64,000 nucleotides of DNA, taken from Omnitrophica WOR_2 bacterium RIFOXYA2_FULL_38_17. GTDB lineage: Bacteria; Omnitrophota; Gorgyraeia; Zapsychrales; Zapsychraceae. Where the stretch lies: positions 477 through 64,476 of the forward strand of contig MHHG01000027.1 of NCBI GenBank assembly GCA_001805965.1, in the 5' to 3' direction. Shown piece after piece: positions 1 to 9,699 of this stretch (its first letter is position 1; the number at the start of each line of letters is the position of its first letter). The position numbers and the translations under genes were made by a program. The notes beneath the pieces are model-generated. The model ran no database searches, had not been told where the DNA came from, and was given only the letters and a program-made list of their open reading frames with translations.

Positions 1-648
1 ACCCCCGTTCTTTCCGGCTTGCACGCCAGAAACAGCATCTTCAAAAACAATTGCTTTTGATGGATCAGAGCCTACATTCTGTACTGCCTTAATAAAAATA
101 TCTCCTTGTGGCTTTCCCCTCAGGCCTAATTCAGCAGACACAACTCCATCCACTCTTGTCTCAAAAAGATCCTCTATACCTGCAGATTTTAGGACAAACT
201 GGCAATTCTTACTTGATGAAGCAACGCCGATCTTAACACCTTTGGCTTTTAATTCCTTGATAAGAGCAACGGCTGCTTTATAGCTGCTAACTCCCTCCTT
301 GCCAAGGACTTCTCTGAATTTTATATTTTTTTTGTTCCCTAAACCACAAACCGATTCTTCATCAACCGCAGCACCTTTGTCTCCAAAAGGTAAATTTATG
401 CCCCTGGATGCTAAGAAGCTTTTCACTCCTTGATATCGAGGTTTTCCATCAATGTAAGGCAAATAATCTCCCTTATAAGTAAACTCTTTGAACGGCTCTC
501 CATCTCTGTCTGCCCTAAGCTTTAGATATTCATTGAACATTTCTTTCCATGCTGCAGCATGCACCAGCGCAGTTTTGGTAACAACGCCATCCAAATCAAA
601 AATTGCAGCATCATAGCTAAGGCTTTTATGACCAGATTCCATTTGCAT
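1..648 (-). CDS. HAD-superfamily hydrolase, beta-phosphoglucomutase family (C-terminally partial at window edge)
   Basis: The minus-strand translation starts MQMESGHKSLSYDAAIFDLDGVVTKTA. It has HAD motif I (DxDGV) and motif II-like regions typical of beta-PGM/phosphatase. The frame is open to position 1. Confidence 0.6.
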   Translation of the reverse strand, partial: MQMESGHKSLSYDAAIFDLDGVVTKTALVHAAAWKEMFNEYLKLRADRDGEPFKEFTYKGDYLPYIDGKPRYQGVKSFLASRGINLPFGDKGAAVDEESVCGLGNKKNIKFREVLGKEGVSSYKAAVALIKELKAKGVKIGVASSSKNCQFVLKSAGIEDLFETRVDGVVSAELGLRGKPQGDIFIKAVQNVGSDPSKAIVFEDAVSGVQAGKNGG

Positions 649-849
649 CTGCTAGCTTTCCCTTGATTAAAACACCTAAAAATCCCTGAAGATCCTGCCA
701 TGTTTTTAACGCCAACAGGCTTAATTGATAAGGCGCTTATGGCTCTTCGCCAAAAACATTTAGAATATCGAATGAATAATGATAAAGTATTATATTCTCA
801 AGGCCTATACATTGCAAGGTTTTCCGACGAAACAACAGCCTTCTGTCGC

Positions 850-1395
850 TTAATCTTCAATTTCAACATACTCAGCTAATTTTGATATAGTTTTGTATCC
901 TATTTTTCCGTCTTGTTTTAAACCATGCATTTTTTGAAAATCAATTACCGCCTGCTTTGTTTTTCTTCCAAATGTGCCATCTATTTTTCCATCATACAGA
1001 TCAGCAACGCTTAAAATTTCTTGAATAAGAAGCATATTTAGCTTACCATCCTTAATTAAATTCTTGTCTTTAAACTCTACAAGCTTCGACCAAGTTTCAT
1101 TATCAACTTTTCTTGTTTCTTTAAGCCCAACATCCTTCTGAAATCTTTCTACGGCATCTCTTGTTCTGATCCCCCACTTTCCGTCAATTACTCCTGGATC
1201 ATAACCGTATATTTTCAATAGAACCTGAATGTCTTCGATGGTATGATTGGACTCATTGAGCTCAATCTCCCCGACCAGCTCTTTTTCATCTGCCCCCTCT
1301 TTGTCCAATGTTCGGTATAAAGCATCACAGCCACCAAGGGTAAGCAAGGAAAGCAATAAACTGTTAAATAAGAGCATCTTTGCGTTTTGATTCAT
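850..1395 (-). CDS. Putative peptidoglycan-binding lipoprotein (two PG_binding_1-like repeats)
   Basis: The N-terminus has a signal peptide with a lipobox (LGGC). There are two repeats, DGKWGIRTRDAVERFQ and DGTFGRKTKQAVIDFQ, typical of peptidoglycan-binding domains. Confidence 0.55.
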   Translation of the reverse strand: MNQNAKMLLFNSLLLSLLTLGGCDALYRTLDKEGADEKELVGEIELNESNHTIEDIQVLLKIYGYDPGVIDGKWGIRTRDAVERFQKDVGLKETRKVDNETWSKLVEFKDKNLIKDGKLNMLLIQEILSVADLYDGKIDGTFGRKTKQAVIDFQKMHGLKQDGKIGYKTISKLAEYVEIED

Positions 1396-1451
1396 AAAAA
1401 TTCCTTTGATGAATAAAAAACTATTTCTTTAATATTTTTTGTCCATATACT

Positions 1452-2084
1452 ATGATTATTAATATGTACCAGGAAATAACACATAGCTTTACAAGCAAAA
1501 AATCCTTACTGAGAACAATTCAAAACGACAATATTGTTTATTACTGGTTTTCTTTGCTGTTTTTAAATAAGAGCCTTAGGGCCACTCTTTCACAAAACAA
1601 AAACACAGCCCTTTCTTACAAAGAATTCATTGCATCTTTATATTTTCGTTTTATTCTGGTCTTTTTCTTAGCACTCTTTGCTTCAGCAATGTTGTTCCAC
1701 GTATTTTCAGACATCTATTGGGCCGTTCTCTTGCCTGTAATAGCGCTATACTTAAGCGCACAAAAAAAAGGCTTTAAAGCTTTCTGTAATATTTTTGAAG
1801 AATTTATCAATCAAAATTTTGATTCAGATTCTTTGCAAAAAAAAACCTTATATCAAATTGGCGAATTCTATGGCGACAGGTATGCGATCCATTCCCTCGT
1901 AGATACCTTACAGCGCAATATTAAAACTTATACTTATTTTTTTGGAATATCTTTTGTTTTTTTGGTTTTTATTTACCCGATCAATACCCTCGTCACTTGT
2001 CTTGGATTGCTCACAACAGTTCTCATAATAAGAATTTACTTCAACACCTTCTCTCTTCTAAGACATCTACAGAACAACAAATAA
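1452..2084 (+). CDS. Hypothetical membrane protein
   Basis: A 210-aa ORF with several hydrophobic segments and no recognisable motif. It overlaps the 3' end of the convergent rSAM gene by 18 nt. Confidence 0.3.
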   Translation: MIINMYQEITHSFTSKKSLLRTIQNDNIVYYWFSLLFLNKSLRATLSQNKNTALSYKEFIASLYFRFILVFFLALFASAMLFHVFSDIYWAVLLPVIALYLSAQKKGFKAFCNIFEEFINQNFDSDSLQKKTLYQIGEFYGDRYAIHSLVDTLQRNIKTYTYFFGISFVFLVFIYPINTLVTCLGLLTTVLIIRIYFNTFSLLRHLQNNK

Positions 2085-3959
2085 AGAAACCGCTATAGCG
2101 ACAAAACACTTGATACCAAAAGAAGACGTTGAAAAGAAATAAAACAGCGTGATCACATAAGCCATAAAAGAAGTGAGCTTTTCATTAAGATTCTTATGCT
2201 CAAAGACAATTTGGTCCAAAGAATAGCTGCTCCAGTTCAAATTAAGAAGCTTATCCTGCTCTAACATTCTTTGATAGAGCTTTGACCCTGGCAAAGGCGT
2301 TAGCAGCCCTACTGATGTGATCGTTGGCCTCAATTTAAAACAAAATTTCCACAAGTCCAACAAGCTTTTGTAATTGTCTTTCTCAAAACCAAAAATAAAT
2401 TGCGCATCTATTTGAATGCCTTTTTTCATGATCTTTTTACTCAGCTCCAAATATTGATCTGCCATAGAGAACTTGCCTTTTTTTTCTTTTTCTATCGAAA
2501 CAGCCGCGATCTCATATCCAATAAGCAGCTGAATACAGCCGCTTCTCTTGACTAGATCCAACACTTCATCATCTTTCGCAATATCTATGCTGGCTGAGCC
2601 GCTCCATGAAATGTTCATCTTTTCTAAGGCCTTGAACAATTCAATGGAATATTTTGGCTCAGCATAGATGTTATTGTCCAGAAAAAGAACCGTCGATTTG
2701 TTCATCTTAAAATTTTCTAAGATCTTAATAACATTCTCTATTGGCCTATGCCGTATCTTTTTAAAAGTCATGCTCGGAATTACACAAAAATCACAACTGA
2801 ATTTACATCCTCTTGTTGTCTCGATCTGTATGATCCTTTGCCTTTCTGCAACATCTATAATATATTCATCCACCTTTTCATAAAAATTATCCCTTGGCTC
2901 TCCATAATACTTTTGCTGCAAGCGATCATTTTCATAATCCTGTATAATTTTATCCCAAACACTTTCAGCCTCTCCAATCACAACACTATCACAAAAACAC
3001 AATGCCTCATCAGGTAAAAACCCTGCGTGGGCACCACCCATTATGACTTTAGATCCCCGTGCTCTAAACTTTTTTGCAATTGAATAAGCCTCGTACACAT
3101 TTGAGGAAAAGGATGTTATTGCTACTAGCTTTCCGGGCATATATTCTTCTGGCAGCAAATCAACATTAGAAAATGTTTTCACTGCATAATCTTTTGGAGT
3201 TAACGCTTTAAGAACAAAGAAAAGCCAAGGGTTTTTTGGATACAGAAAAGTATGAATGTAGCTTAAAAACCCTTTCGGTTTTGGATTTATCAAATAAAGC
3301 TCTTTAGCATTTGGATCTGCAATATATGTTTTTCTGTATGGATAAACTGCAAAGTATCCTAAATATAAAAATAAATATAGCTGGATATATTTCGAAAAAA
3401 GCAAAGTAACTCTAGCAATCTCGATCTCTTCAAGATCAATAAATTGTGGAATATAAAAAAGGCCTACGTCGATAAAATACAGGACGAGTATAAGCAGAAA
3501 CTCTTTTACTTCAATTGGTGGGCTCTTTGAACAACCTTCGTTGCCCTGCAGTTTTTTTGCTTTAACTATAAAAAACGCTATTAAAGGATACGTTAATATT
3601 TGAAAATGATTTTTAGCATATAGAAAATCCCAGCCATTAAAATAGTTCAAATTAAAGGAAAAGACCATATCGACAACAATGATTAATGCAAGATAAGCTA
3701 TATACGTCCAGAAGTATTTCTTGCAACTCAAAAGAAACCCTTTAATATCTAATTGATAGCGCTCATCTATAAGAAAATTAACACATGTTGCAAAGATTCC
3801 GCCATAAAAAAATGTTTTCGCAACTAGAAAGACAGGCGCAACATACAGACCAGCACCAAAAGCCACAAGCCTTGCAAATGCAACATCAAGCATATATGCA
3901 ATAAAGACAACAATAAAAGCTTTGTTGGCAAGACGCGATATTCTTTTATTTAAATTCAT
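2067..3959 (-). CDS. B12-binding radical SAM enzyme fused to an N-terminal polytopic membrane domain
   Basis: The first ~240 aa are very hydrophobic with multiple predicted TM helices. Then comes a Rossmann-like B12-binding region (KVIMGGAHAGF). The radical SAM core carries a CxxxCxxC motif (RGCKFSCDFCVIP). The C-terminus is hydrophobic. Confidence 0.75.
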   Translation of the reverse strand: MNLNKRISRLANKAFIVVFIAYMLDVAFARLVAFGAGLYVAPVFLVAKTFFYGGIFATCVNFLIDERYQLDIKGFLLSCKKYFWTYIAYLALIIVVDMVFSFNLNYFNGWDFLYAKNHFQILTYPLIAFFIVKAKKLQGNEGCSKSPPIEVKEFLLILVLYFIDVGLFYIPQFIDLEEIEIARVTLLFSKYIQLYLFLYLGYFAVYPYRKTYIADPNAKELYLINPKPKGFLSYIHTFLYPKNPWLFFVLKALTPKDYAVKTFSNVDLLPEEYMPGKLVAITSFSSNVYEAYSIAKKFRARGSKVIMGGAHAGFLPDEALCFCDSVVIGEAESVWDKIIQDYENDRLQQKYYGEPRDNFYEKVDEYIIDVAERQRIIQIETTRGCKFSCDFCVIPSMTFKKIRHRPIENVIKILENFKMNKSTVLFLDNNIYAEPKYSIELFKALEKMNISWSGSASIDIAKDDEVLDLVKRSGCIQLLIGYEIAAVSIEKEKKGKFSMADQYLELSKKIMKKGIQIDAQFIFGFEKDNYKSLLDLWKFCFKLRPTITSVGLLTPLPGSKLYQRMLEQDKLLNLNWSSYSLDQIVFEHKNLNEKLTSFMAYVITLFYFFSTSSFGIKCFVAIAVSLFVVL

Positions 3960-4095
3960 AATAAAAAATTATAAATATTAATACTAATCCTTCAGAACTA
4001 TAATACCAATAAAATCAATCTATGCAACATACATAAACGCCTTTTACTGACATCTTAATCAAGGAAAAAGTATTGCAAACGTATTGTCATAAATT

Positions 4096-4521
4096 TTGTT
4101 TTATGCTATCTTATCTGAAAGTAATGCTTTTAACAAAGGATATCAAATGAACAATAAAAACATCCTTATTGGCGCTTTTATAATAATTCTTCTGTTTATT
4201 AATTTTGTTTTTAGGCCTTTTCTTCACAAAAGAGAATCGTTTAGGATTGTTGACAAAGTCTTATCCCTTTGGGAAGAAGGTGATATTCCATCCTCATATT
4301 TCTATTGGGACAACCCAAAGAAAATGCCTCCGGTAACCAGACTTCTCTCTCATGAAATCATTAAGAAAGAATTCTACAAAAAAGACAGAAAAAACCGTTC
4401 AAAAGTAACCGTTATCGCGGATTTCGGAAAAAACGAAAATTTGCCCGCAGGCAAGTGGATATTTGAATTAAGCTATACCGATATTGGCTGGAAAATTGTA
4501 GAATTCTACACAGTCAGATAA
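4096..4521 (+). CDS. Hypothetical membrane-anchored protein
   Basis: An ORF with an N-terminal TM segment (ILIGAFIIILLFINFVF). The likely start is the internal Met at about 4147. No recognisable domain. Confidence 0.35.
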   Translation: MFYAILSESNAFNKGYQMNNKNILIGAFIIILLFINFVFRPFLHKRESFRIVDKVLSLWEEGDIPSSYFYWDNPKKMPPVTRLLSHEIIKKEFYKKDRKNRSKVTVIADFGKNENLPAGKWIFELSYTDIGWKIVEFYTVR

Positions 4522-4549
4522 AACTCATATTGTTTTGTCAATAAGGCTA

Positions 4550-6622
4550 TCAAACAATTATTCTTGCATCAACCGCAAAGCTTCCTTCATCATTTGAGAT
4601 CAATGGATTGATATCTATTTCCTTAACAAGCGGTGCTAATTTCTGCACCGAACATAAAGTTTGAATTATCGACTCTTTATGTGCTTTCATGCCTCTAAAA
4701 CCATTTAGCACTTTTTGGCCTTTAATTGACGCGATCAGTCGTTCTGCCTCGATCTTGCCAAATGGAACAACTCTAAACGAGACATCCTTCATTAGCTCAA
4801 CAAAGACCCCTCCCAAGCCGAACATAACCACCGGACCGAATTGGGGATCTATGCTCATGCCAATAATACATTCTATGCCCTTGGTCATCTGTATCATATT
4901 AACCCCCAGAAGCTGTGCATTCGGAGCTAACTTGGGAATATTTGTCATCATACTGTTAAATTTGACCCTGATCTCTTCCGCATCAGAAATATTTAATGCA
5001 ACGCCTCCGACATCCGTCTTGTGAATGATATCAGGTGACGCAATTTTCATTGCTAATGGATACATTCCTTCTGCCTTTTCGATTGCTTCTTCAACCGTTC
5101 TCGCAAATGCCCATTTGGGAGTAGGAACTCCGCATTTTTCCATAATCTCTCTTGCTTCATGCTCAAGAAGCAAAGACCTGCCTTCTTTTTTGATCTTATT
5201 GATCATGTCAACAACTTCTTGAGGAGCCTTTTCCTGCCCGGGAACATCTTTAGGCCTATTACAAATATCTTTCCAAGTATGCAGGATCTTTAAAGCAGAA
5301 ACTGCCTGATCCACTGAATCATAAGCCGGTATATTATTTTGACTTAAAAAATGAAGCGCACTTCTAGATCTTTCGCCTCCAACAAATGCTGCAACAATAG
5401 GCTTGTTTCTTTCAACCGTTCTATACTCTTCGGCAACTGCTTTAGCGATATCCAAAGGATCTGTTACTGCTGTTTCACAATACAGCACAATGACACAATG
5501 GATCTTATCTTCTTCAAGTGATATCCTTATTGCTTTTCTATAACCTTCAACGCCTGCCCCTCCTGTTATATCAATAGGATTTTTCGTGCTGCCAAAGTCA
5601 GGCATTGTTTTTCGAAACTTCTCTTCTGTCCAAGCTACGTCTTCCAGTAATTGAATACCTGCCTCTTCACACGCATCAGTTGTTGATACACCTATGCCTC
5701 CTCCATTTGTGATCACAATTGTTTCTTCTCCCTGAGGCAGAGGAAGCGCAAACGCCCTTGCCCAGCCAAAAGCATCCGTAAAAGAGCTCGCTCTTAATGC
5801 TCCCATTTGTTTAAATGCCGCATCAAAAATACCATCCGCGCCTGCCAAAGATCCTGTATGGGACGCTGCCGCTTTTGCGCCCCTTTGTGAACGTCCTACT
5901 TTTAAAACAATGACAGGCTTTTTAATTTCCGTGTTTAAAAATTTGCGCCCGTCTTTAAGGCCCTCCATGTAAATAAGAACAACGTCAATATTATCATCAT
6001 TGTTAAAATGCTCTATTAGGTCTTTTTCATCAACATCTGCTTTGTTTCCAAGGCTGACTAAAGAGCCTAAGCCAATGCTTTCCATAACTGTCCAGCCCAT
6101 CAAAGCAATGGCCAGTGCGCCGCTTTGGGAGACAAAAGCAATTTTTCCCGACAAAATATCCTGAGGGCCGAAACTTGCATTCAGCTTAAGGGGAGTATAT
6201 AGAAATCCTAAAATGTTAGGTCCTATAAAAGCCATCTTGTTTTCGTCGGCTATTTTTTTGATCTTTTCCTCGTCGGCATGATTTCCCACTTCAGCAAATC
6301 CTGATGTGATGATAGCAACATTTTTTACTTTCTTTTTGGCGCATTCTTCCATTGTTGCAACCACAAAAGGGGCTGGAATAGTAATAACCGCAAGGTCAAT
6401 ATCTCCTGGGACATCTGAAACGGACTTGTATGATTTTTTCCCCAAGATCTCATCATCTTTTGGATTAATAGGATATATCGCGCCTTCAAAACCACCGGCG
6501 ATAACATTGTTCAGTATCTGATATCCTATTTTTGAAGGATTTGCGGACGCGCCAATAACCGCGACGCTTTTAGTATTAAAAAACCCTTCTAGGTTCTTCG
6601 AGTAAACAGCTTGTTTTTTCAT
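4550..6622 (-). CDS. Acetate--CoA ligase (ADP-forming), fused alpha/beta subunits (ACD family)
   Basis: A 690-aa protein with a CoA-binding N-terminus, a succinyl-CoA-synthetase-like flavodoxin domain and a C-terminal ATP-grasp. This is the ADP-forming acyl-CoA synthetase architecture. Confidence 0.8.
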   Translation of the reverse strand: MKKQAVYSKNLEGFFNTKSVAVIGASANPSKIGYQILNNVIAGGFEGAIYPINPKDDEILGKKSYKSVSDVPGDIDLAVITIPAPFVVATMEECAKKKVKNVAIITSGFAEVGNHADEEKIKKIADENKMAFIGPNILGFLYTPLKLNASFGPQDILSGKIAFVSQSGALAIALMGWTVMESIGLGSLVSLGNKADVDEKDLIEHFNNDDNIDVVLIYMEGLKDGRKFLNTEIKKPVIVLKVGRSQRGAKAAASHTGSLAGADGIFDAAFKQMGALRASSFTDAFGWARAFALPLPQGEETIVITNGGGIGVSTTDACEEAGIQLLEDVAWTEEKFRKTMPDFGSTKNPIDITGGAGVEGYRKAIRISLEEDKIHCVIVLYCETAVTDPLDIAKAVAEEYRTVERNKPIVAAFVGGERSRSALHFLSQNNIPAYDSVDQAVSALKILHTWKDICNRPKDVPGQEKAPQEVVDMINKIKKEGRSLLLEHEAREIMEKCGVPTPKWAFARTVEEAIEKAEGMYPLAMKIASPDIIHKTDVGGVALNISDAEEIRVKFNSMMTNIPKLAPNAQLLGVNMIQMTKGIECIIGMSIDPQFGPVVMFGLGGVFVELMKDVSFRVVPFGKIEAERLIASIKGQKVLNGFRGMKAHKESIIQTLCSVQKLAPLVKEIDINPLISNDEGSFAVDARIIV

Positions 6623-6755
6623 TGTTTTTTCCTTTTGTAATGCTCTATTTATAATAATAAAAACTAGACTATTCTAACAAATAAGATTTTCATTGCCAAC
6701 AGTTAATAAAAAATAGTGTGCCTAAAACCCGCAATTTCTGTAAAAACAGGCTCTG

Positions 6756-7208
6756 TCATCCTTCTCTTACAGAATAACTGTTTTTTTTCAATATCTGGCT
6801 GCCTTCACCTGACAACAGAAACTTGAGAAATGCCCGGCCACCATCTTTTTTCTTTACGCTATAAACTAAAATAAACTTGCTAATAATTTGTTGAGAGTCT
6901 CTGTCAAAAAGCTCAAACTCTTTTTTCTCATACAATTCCCCTGCGCTAAGCTTGTCCGCATCCGGCAAACCTAACTGGTCCGCCAATATAACCCTATATT
7001 GTGGGTACATTTGTTCAAAAGAGCCCTTGATTGCTATAAAAGAGCTATCCATTCTTTTGTCAAACAGCACTGTAATTATATTCTGCTGTTGTTTTACGAT
7101 CTTGGACATCTTATAAACATCTCCCCGGGTATAAAGGCTAACAGATACTACTGCTACAACAAGTGAAGACGCAAACATTTTGAGTATTTGTAGTTTAGTT
7201 AACTTCAT
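6756..7208 (-). CDS. Short ModA-like (periplasmic-binding-protein-like) protein, last gene of the Moco cluster
   Basis: It has a signal/TM N-terminus. The C-terminal segment RAFLKFLLSGEGSQILKKNSY resembles the C-terminus of molybdate-binding ModA. At 150 aa it is too short for a full PBP. Confidence 0.4.
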   Translation of the reverse strand: MKLTKLQILKMFASSLVVAVVSVSLYTRGDVYKMSKIVKQQQNIITVLFDKRMDSSFIAIKGSFEQMYPQYRVILADQLGLPDADKLSAGELYEKKEFELFDRDSQQIISKFILVYSVKKKDGGRAFLKFLLSGEGSQILKKNSYSVREG

Positions 7209-7212
7209 TTTG

Positions 7213-7710
7213 CTAATGCCCCTCTCCTTTTATCATTGCGATTGCATGGGTAATGAGTCCAGAGATCGCACCAATGGATTCCTCTGCCCCTTTGAGGCTT
7301 CCAGGGAGATTAACAATAATTGTCTGACCCTTAATGCCCGCAACCCCTCTTGATAAATAAGCTGCCTTGGTTTTTTTGGCTCCTTCTGCTCTAATACATT
7401 CTGACAATCCCGGAATCACTCTTTCAACCACTTTTAACGTAGCCTCTGGCGTATTATCTCTGGGGCCAAAGCCTGTTCCTCCCACTGTTAAAATCAAATC
7501 TGTTTTTTTTTCTTTTAGTGCCGAGTTCAGCTTGTCAATAATTTGTGAAGATTCATCTGAGACAATTTCATAAAAAACAACTTCATACCCTTCATTTTTC
7601 AAAAATGCAGCAATACTTTTACCGCTAAAATCATTATCAAAAGTCCTTGAATCGCTGACTGTCAACACCCCGATTTTGATATCTTTGAAACTATCTAAAT
7701 CATGCCGCAT
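7213..7710 (-). CDS. moaB: Molybdenum cofactor biosynthesis protein MogA/MoaB
   Basis: The GGTGFGPRDNTPEA motif is present and the size fits the MogA/MoaB fold. The stop/start overlaps the upstream MOSC gene. Confidence 0.85.
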   Translation of the reverse strand: MRHDLDSFKDIKIGVLTVSDSRTFDNDFSGKSIAAFLKNEGYEVVFYEIVSDESSQIIDKLNSALKEKKTDLILTVGGTGFGPRDNTPEATLKVVERVIPGLSECIRAEGAKKTKAAYLSRGVAGIKGQTIIVNLPGSLKGAEESIGAISGLITHAIAMIKGEGH

Positions 7711-8290
7711 TCAACACCTTAAAGTCCTTTTCTGATTTATAGGATATGCCCTGACTTTGTCCAACACTTGCTCTTGTTATCTTGATAACTGAATTAGGAT
7801 AAACAGCCCCTCCTTTAAGAACCCTCGCAAAAAATCCTTCTCTAGGCATAATACAATCACCTGTTCGATAAAAAATACTGCAAGGAGCAGGACATTCTTT
7901 TCCTATGCGCGAAACCTGCAAAACCACGTCTTCCGCAATTTCGATTATATCATTGAGCATTAATTCCAAAGAATCTATCCCTTTTGTTGTAATATTTTCC
8001 GCGAAAGATCCTGGCATCAACACAATATCTTTTTGATGATCGCTCATCTTTTCTTTTAAAGCTCGCTTCTGTTTCTCGATGCTTTCTAATGCCAGGAAGC
8101 TGACCTGCCTCGTTTCATCATCAGGAGCAGAATGAGCATCGCTTTGTATTCCTATGCCCTTAATCAAAACTGCTTTCCTAACTGGGGTTTTGCCGATTCC
8201 CTTTTTTTCGCTTATATTAACAGTGCAAATCTCTCCAAATCCTACAACAATATTTTGATTTTCAACACGCTCACGCTCTCTTATAGGCAC
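7700..8290 (-). CDS. MOSC domain-containing protein
   Basis: The MOSC-like core is PGSFAENITTKGID...PAPCSIFYRTGD...RVLKGG. It sits inside the Moco operon and overlaps both neighbours. Confidence 0.65.
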   Translation of the reverse strand: MPIRERERVENQNIVVGFGEICTVNISEKKGIGKTPVRKAVLIKGIGIQSDAHSAPDDETRQVSFLALESIEKQKRALKEKMSDHQKDIVLMPGSFAENITTKGIDSLELMLNDIIEIAEDVVLQVSRIGKECPAPCSIFYRTGDCIMPREGFFARVLKGGAVYPNSVIKITRASVGQSQGISYKSEKDFKVLNAA

Positions 8291-8741
8291 CGTCTTTTCC
8301 CCCGCTTTTCTCTAGTAAGCATATTTCCTCAATACATATTTCCTTGTTAAACATTTTTAGCATATCATAAACGGTAAGCGCTGCTATAGCTACTGCTATC
8401 ATCGCTTCCATTTCGATGCCGGTCTTGGCTGTTGTCTTTGCTATAGATTCTATACGAATGCCGCCTTTTTCAAAACAAAAAGATAATCCTACTTTATCAA
8501 TTTCAATATTATGGCATAAGGGTATTAGTTCTTCAGTTTTTTTAGCAGCCATTATCCCTGCGATTCTAGCCGTTTCAATAATATTGCCTTTAGGGGCCTT
8601 GTTATTCTTGACCATCACAATAAGCTCATTATCCATTTTTACAAATGCCGTAGCTTTTGCGACCCTCAGCGTCTTATTTTTTTCACTTATATCGATCATC
8701 CCTAAAGATACTTCTTTTTTATCCATTTTATCCCCCGACAC
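8271..8741 (-). CDS. moaC: Cyclic pyranopterin monophosphate synthase MoaC
   Basis: Conserved MoaC sequence (MIDISEK...TLRVAKA...IAGIMAAKKT...LCH) and a length of about 156 aa. Confidence 0.85.
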   Translation of the reverse strand: MSGDKMDKKEVSLGMIDISEKNKTLRVAKATAFVKMDNELIVMVKNNKAPKGNIIETARIAGIMAAKKTEELIPLCHNIEIDKVGLSFCFEKGGIRIESIAKTTAKTGIEMEAMIAVAIAALTVYDMLKMFNKEICIEEICLLEKSGGKDGAYKRA

Positions 8742-9699
8742 TGCTCATTTCAACATGATGATCAATGACTGCGCTCTTTTTGTTATGTTTATGTTTGTCG
8801 GCAATAATATCTATTAACAGTTCTCTTATTGTTTCATCTGATGCGCCGTTTCTTACCAGTCCTTTAACATTATATAAATAGCCTGAGAACAGGCACGGGG
8901 CAATTCTTCCGGCACTGTCCATCCTCAAGCGGTTACATTCCCCGCAAAAGTGCTTGCTTAAATTACTAATAAATCCGACAGTGCCTTTTGCCTCTTTTAA
9001 CCTGAAATATTCAGCCGGACCATTACCGACGACATTCCCTTCAGGCAACAGCCCTCCATATTTACTAACGATCATTTCTTTTGCCTCTGAGCTGCTGAGC
9101 AATCCATTTTGCTGGACCTTTAAACGATTTGACGTCCTAAACAGTTCAATGAACCTGACATCTATTTTATGATTAATTGTTAATTTTGCAAAATCAAGTA
9201 TCTCATCCTCATTGATTCCTCTAAGTAAAATCATATTCAGCTTTAGTGGAAAAATGCCAACATCAATTGATTTTTCTATTCCTTGCCATACCTGCCCAAA
9301 GCAATCCCGGCCAGTGATCTGATAAAATCTTTCGCGCCTTAAAGTATCAAGGCTTATGTTGATCCTGTCCAAACCGCTTCTCTTGAGCTCTTCAACAATA
9401 TCATAAAGAAAAACACCGTTTGTAGTTAAAGAAACCTCCTCGATCCCGTCGATCTTTTTAAACAAGCTGACTGCCGTACAAATATCCTCTTTTATTAACG
9501 GCTCTCCTCCTGTGAGCCTTATCTTGCTTATACCAAGACCTGCTAAAATCCTGACAACCCTCACTATTTCTTCTAACCGTAAGATCTCACAACTATCAAG
9601 AAAATGTTTTTTTTCTAGAGGATTACAATAAAAGCAGTTCAAATTACAATTATCTGTCAGGGAAAGCCTTAAGTAATCTGTTTTGGTTTTTATTTCCAT
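8728..9699 (-). CDS. moaA: GTP 3',8-cyclase MoaA (radical SAM)
   Basis: The N-terminal CNLNCFYCNP radical SAM cluster motif is present. The C-terminal MoaA Fe-S cysteines (CGECNRLR) are present. Confidence 0.9.
   Translation of the reverse strand: MEIKTKTDYLRLSLTDNCNLNCFYCNPLEKKHFLDSCEILRLEEIVRVVRILAGLGISKIRLTGGEPLIKEDICTAVSLFKKIDGIEEVSLTTNGVFLYDIVEELKRSGLDRINISLDTLRRERFYQITGRDCFGQVWQGIEKSIDVGIFPLKLNMILLRGINEDEILDFAKLTINHKIDVRFIELFRTSNRLKVQQNGLLSSSEAKEMIVSKYGGLLPEGNVVGNGPAEYFRLKEAKGTVGFISNLSKHFCGECNRLRMDSAGRIAPCLFSGYLYNVKGLVRNGASDETIRELLIDIIADKHKHNKKSAVIDHHVEMSSVGG

Noticed and set aside
4689-6521. Several 60-110-aa ORFs antisense to the acetyl-CoA synthetase gene (4689..5024, 5025..5222, 6306..6521, 6325..6507)
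   Set aside because: All are nested antisense within a strongly supported 690-aa gene.
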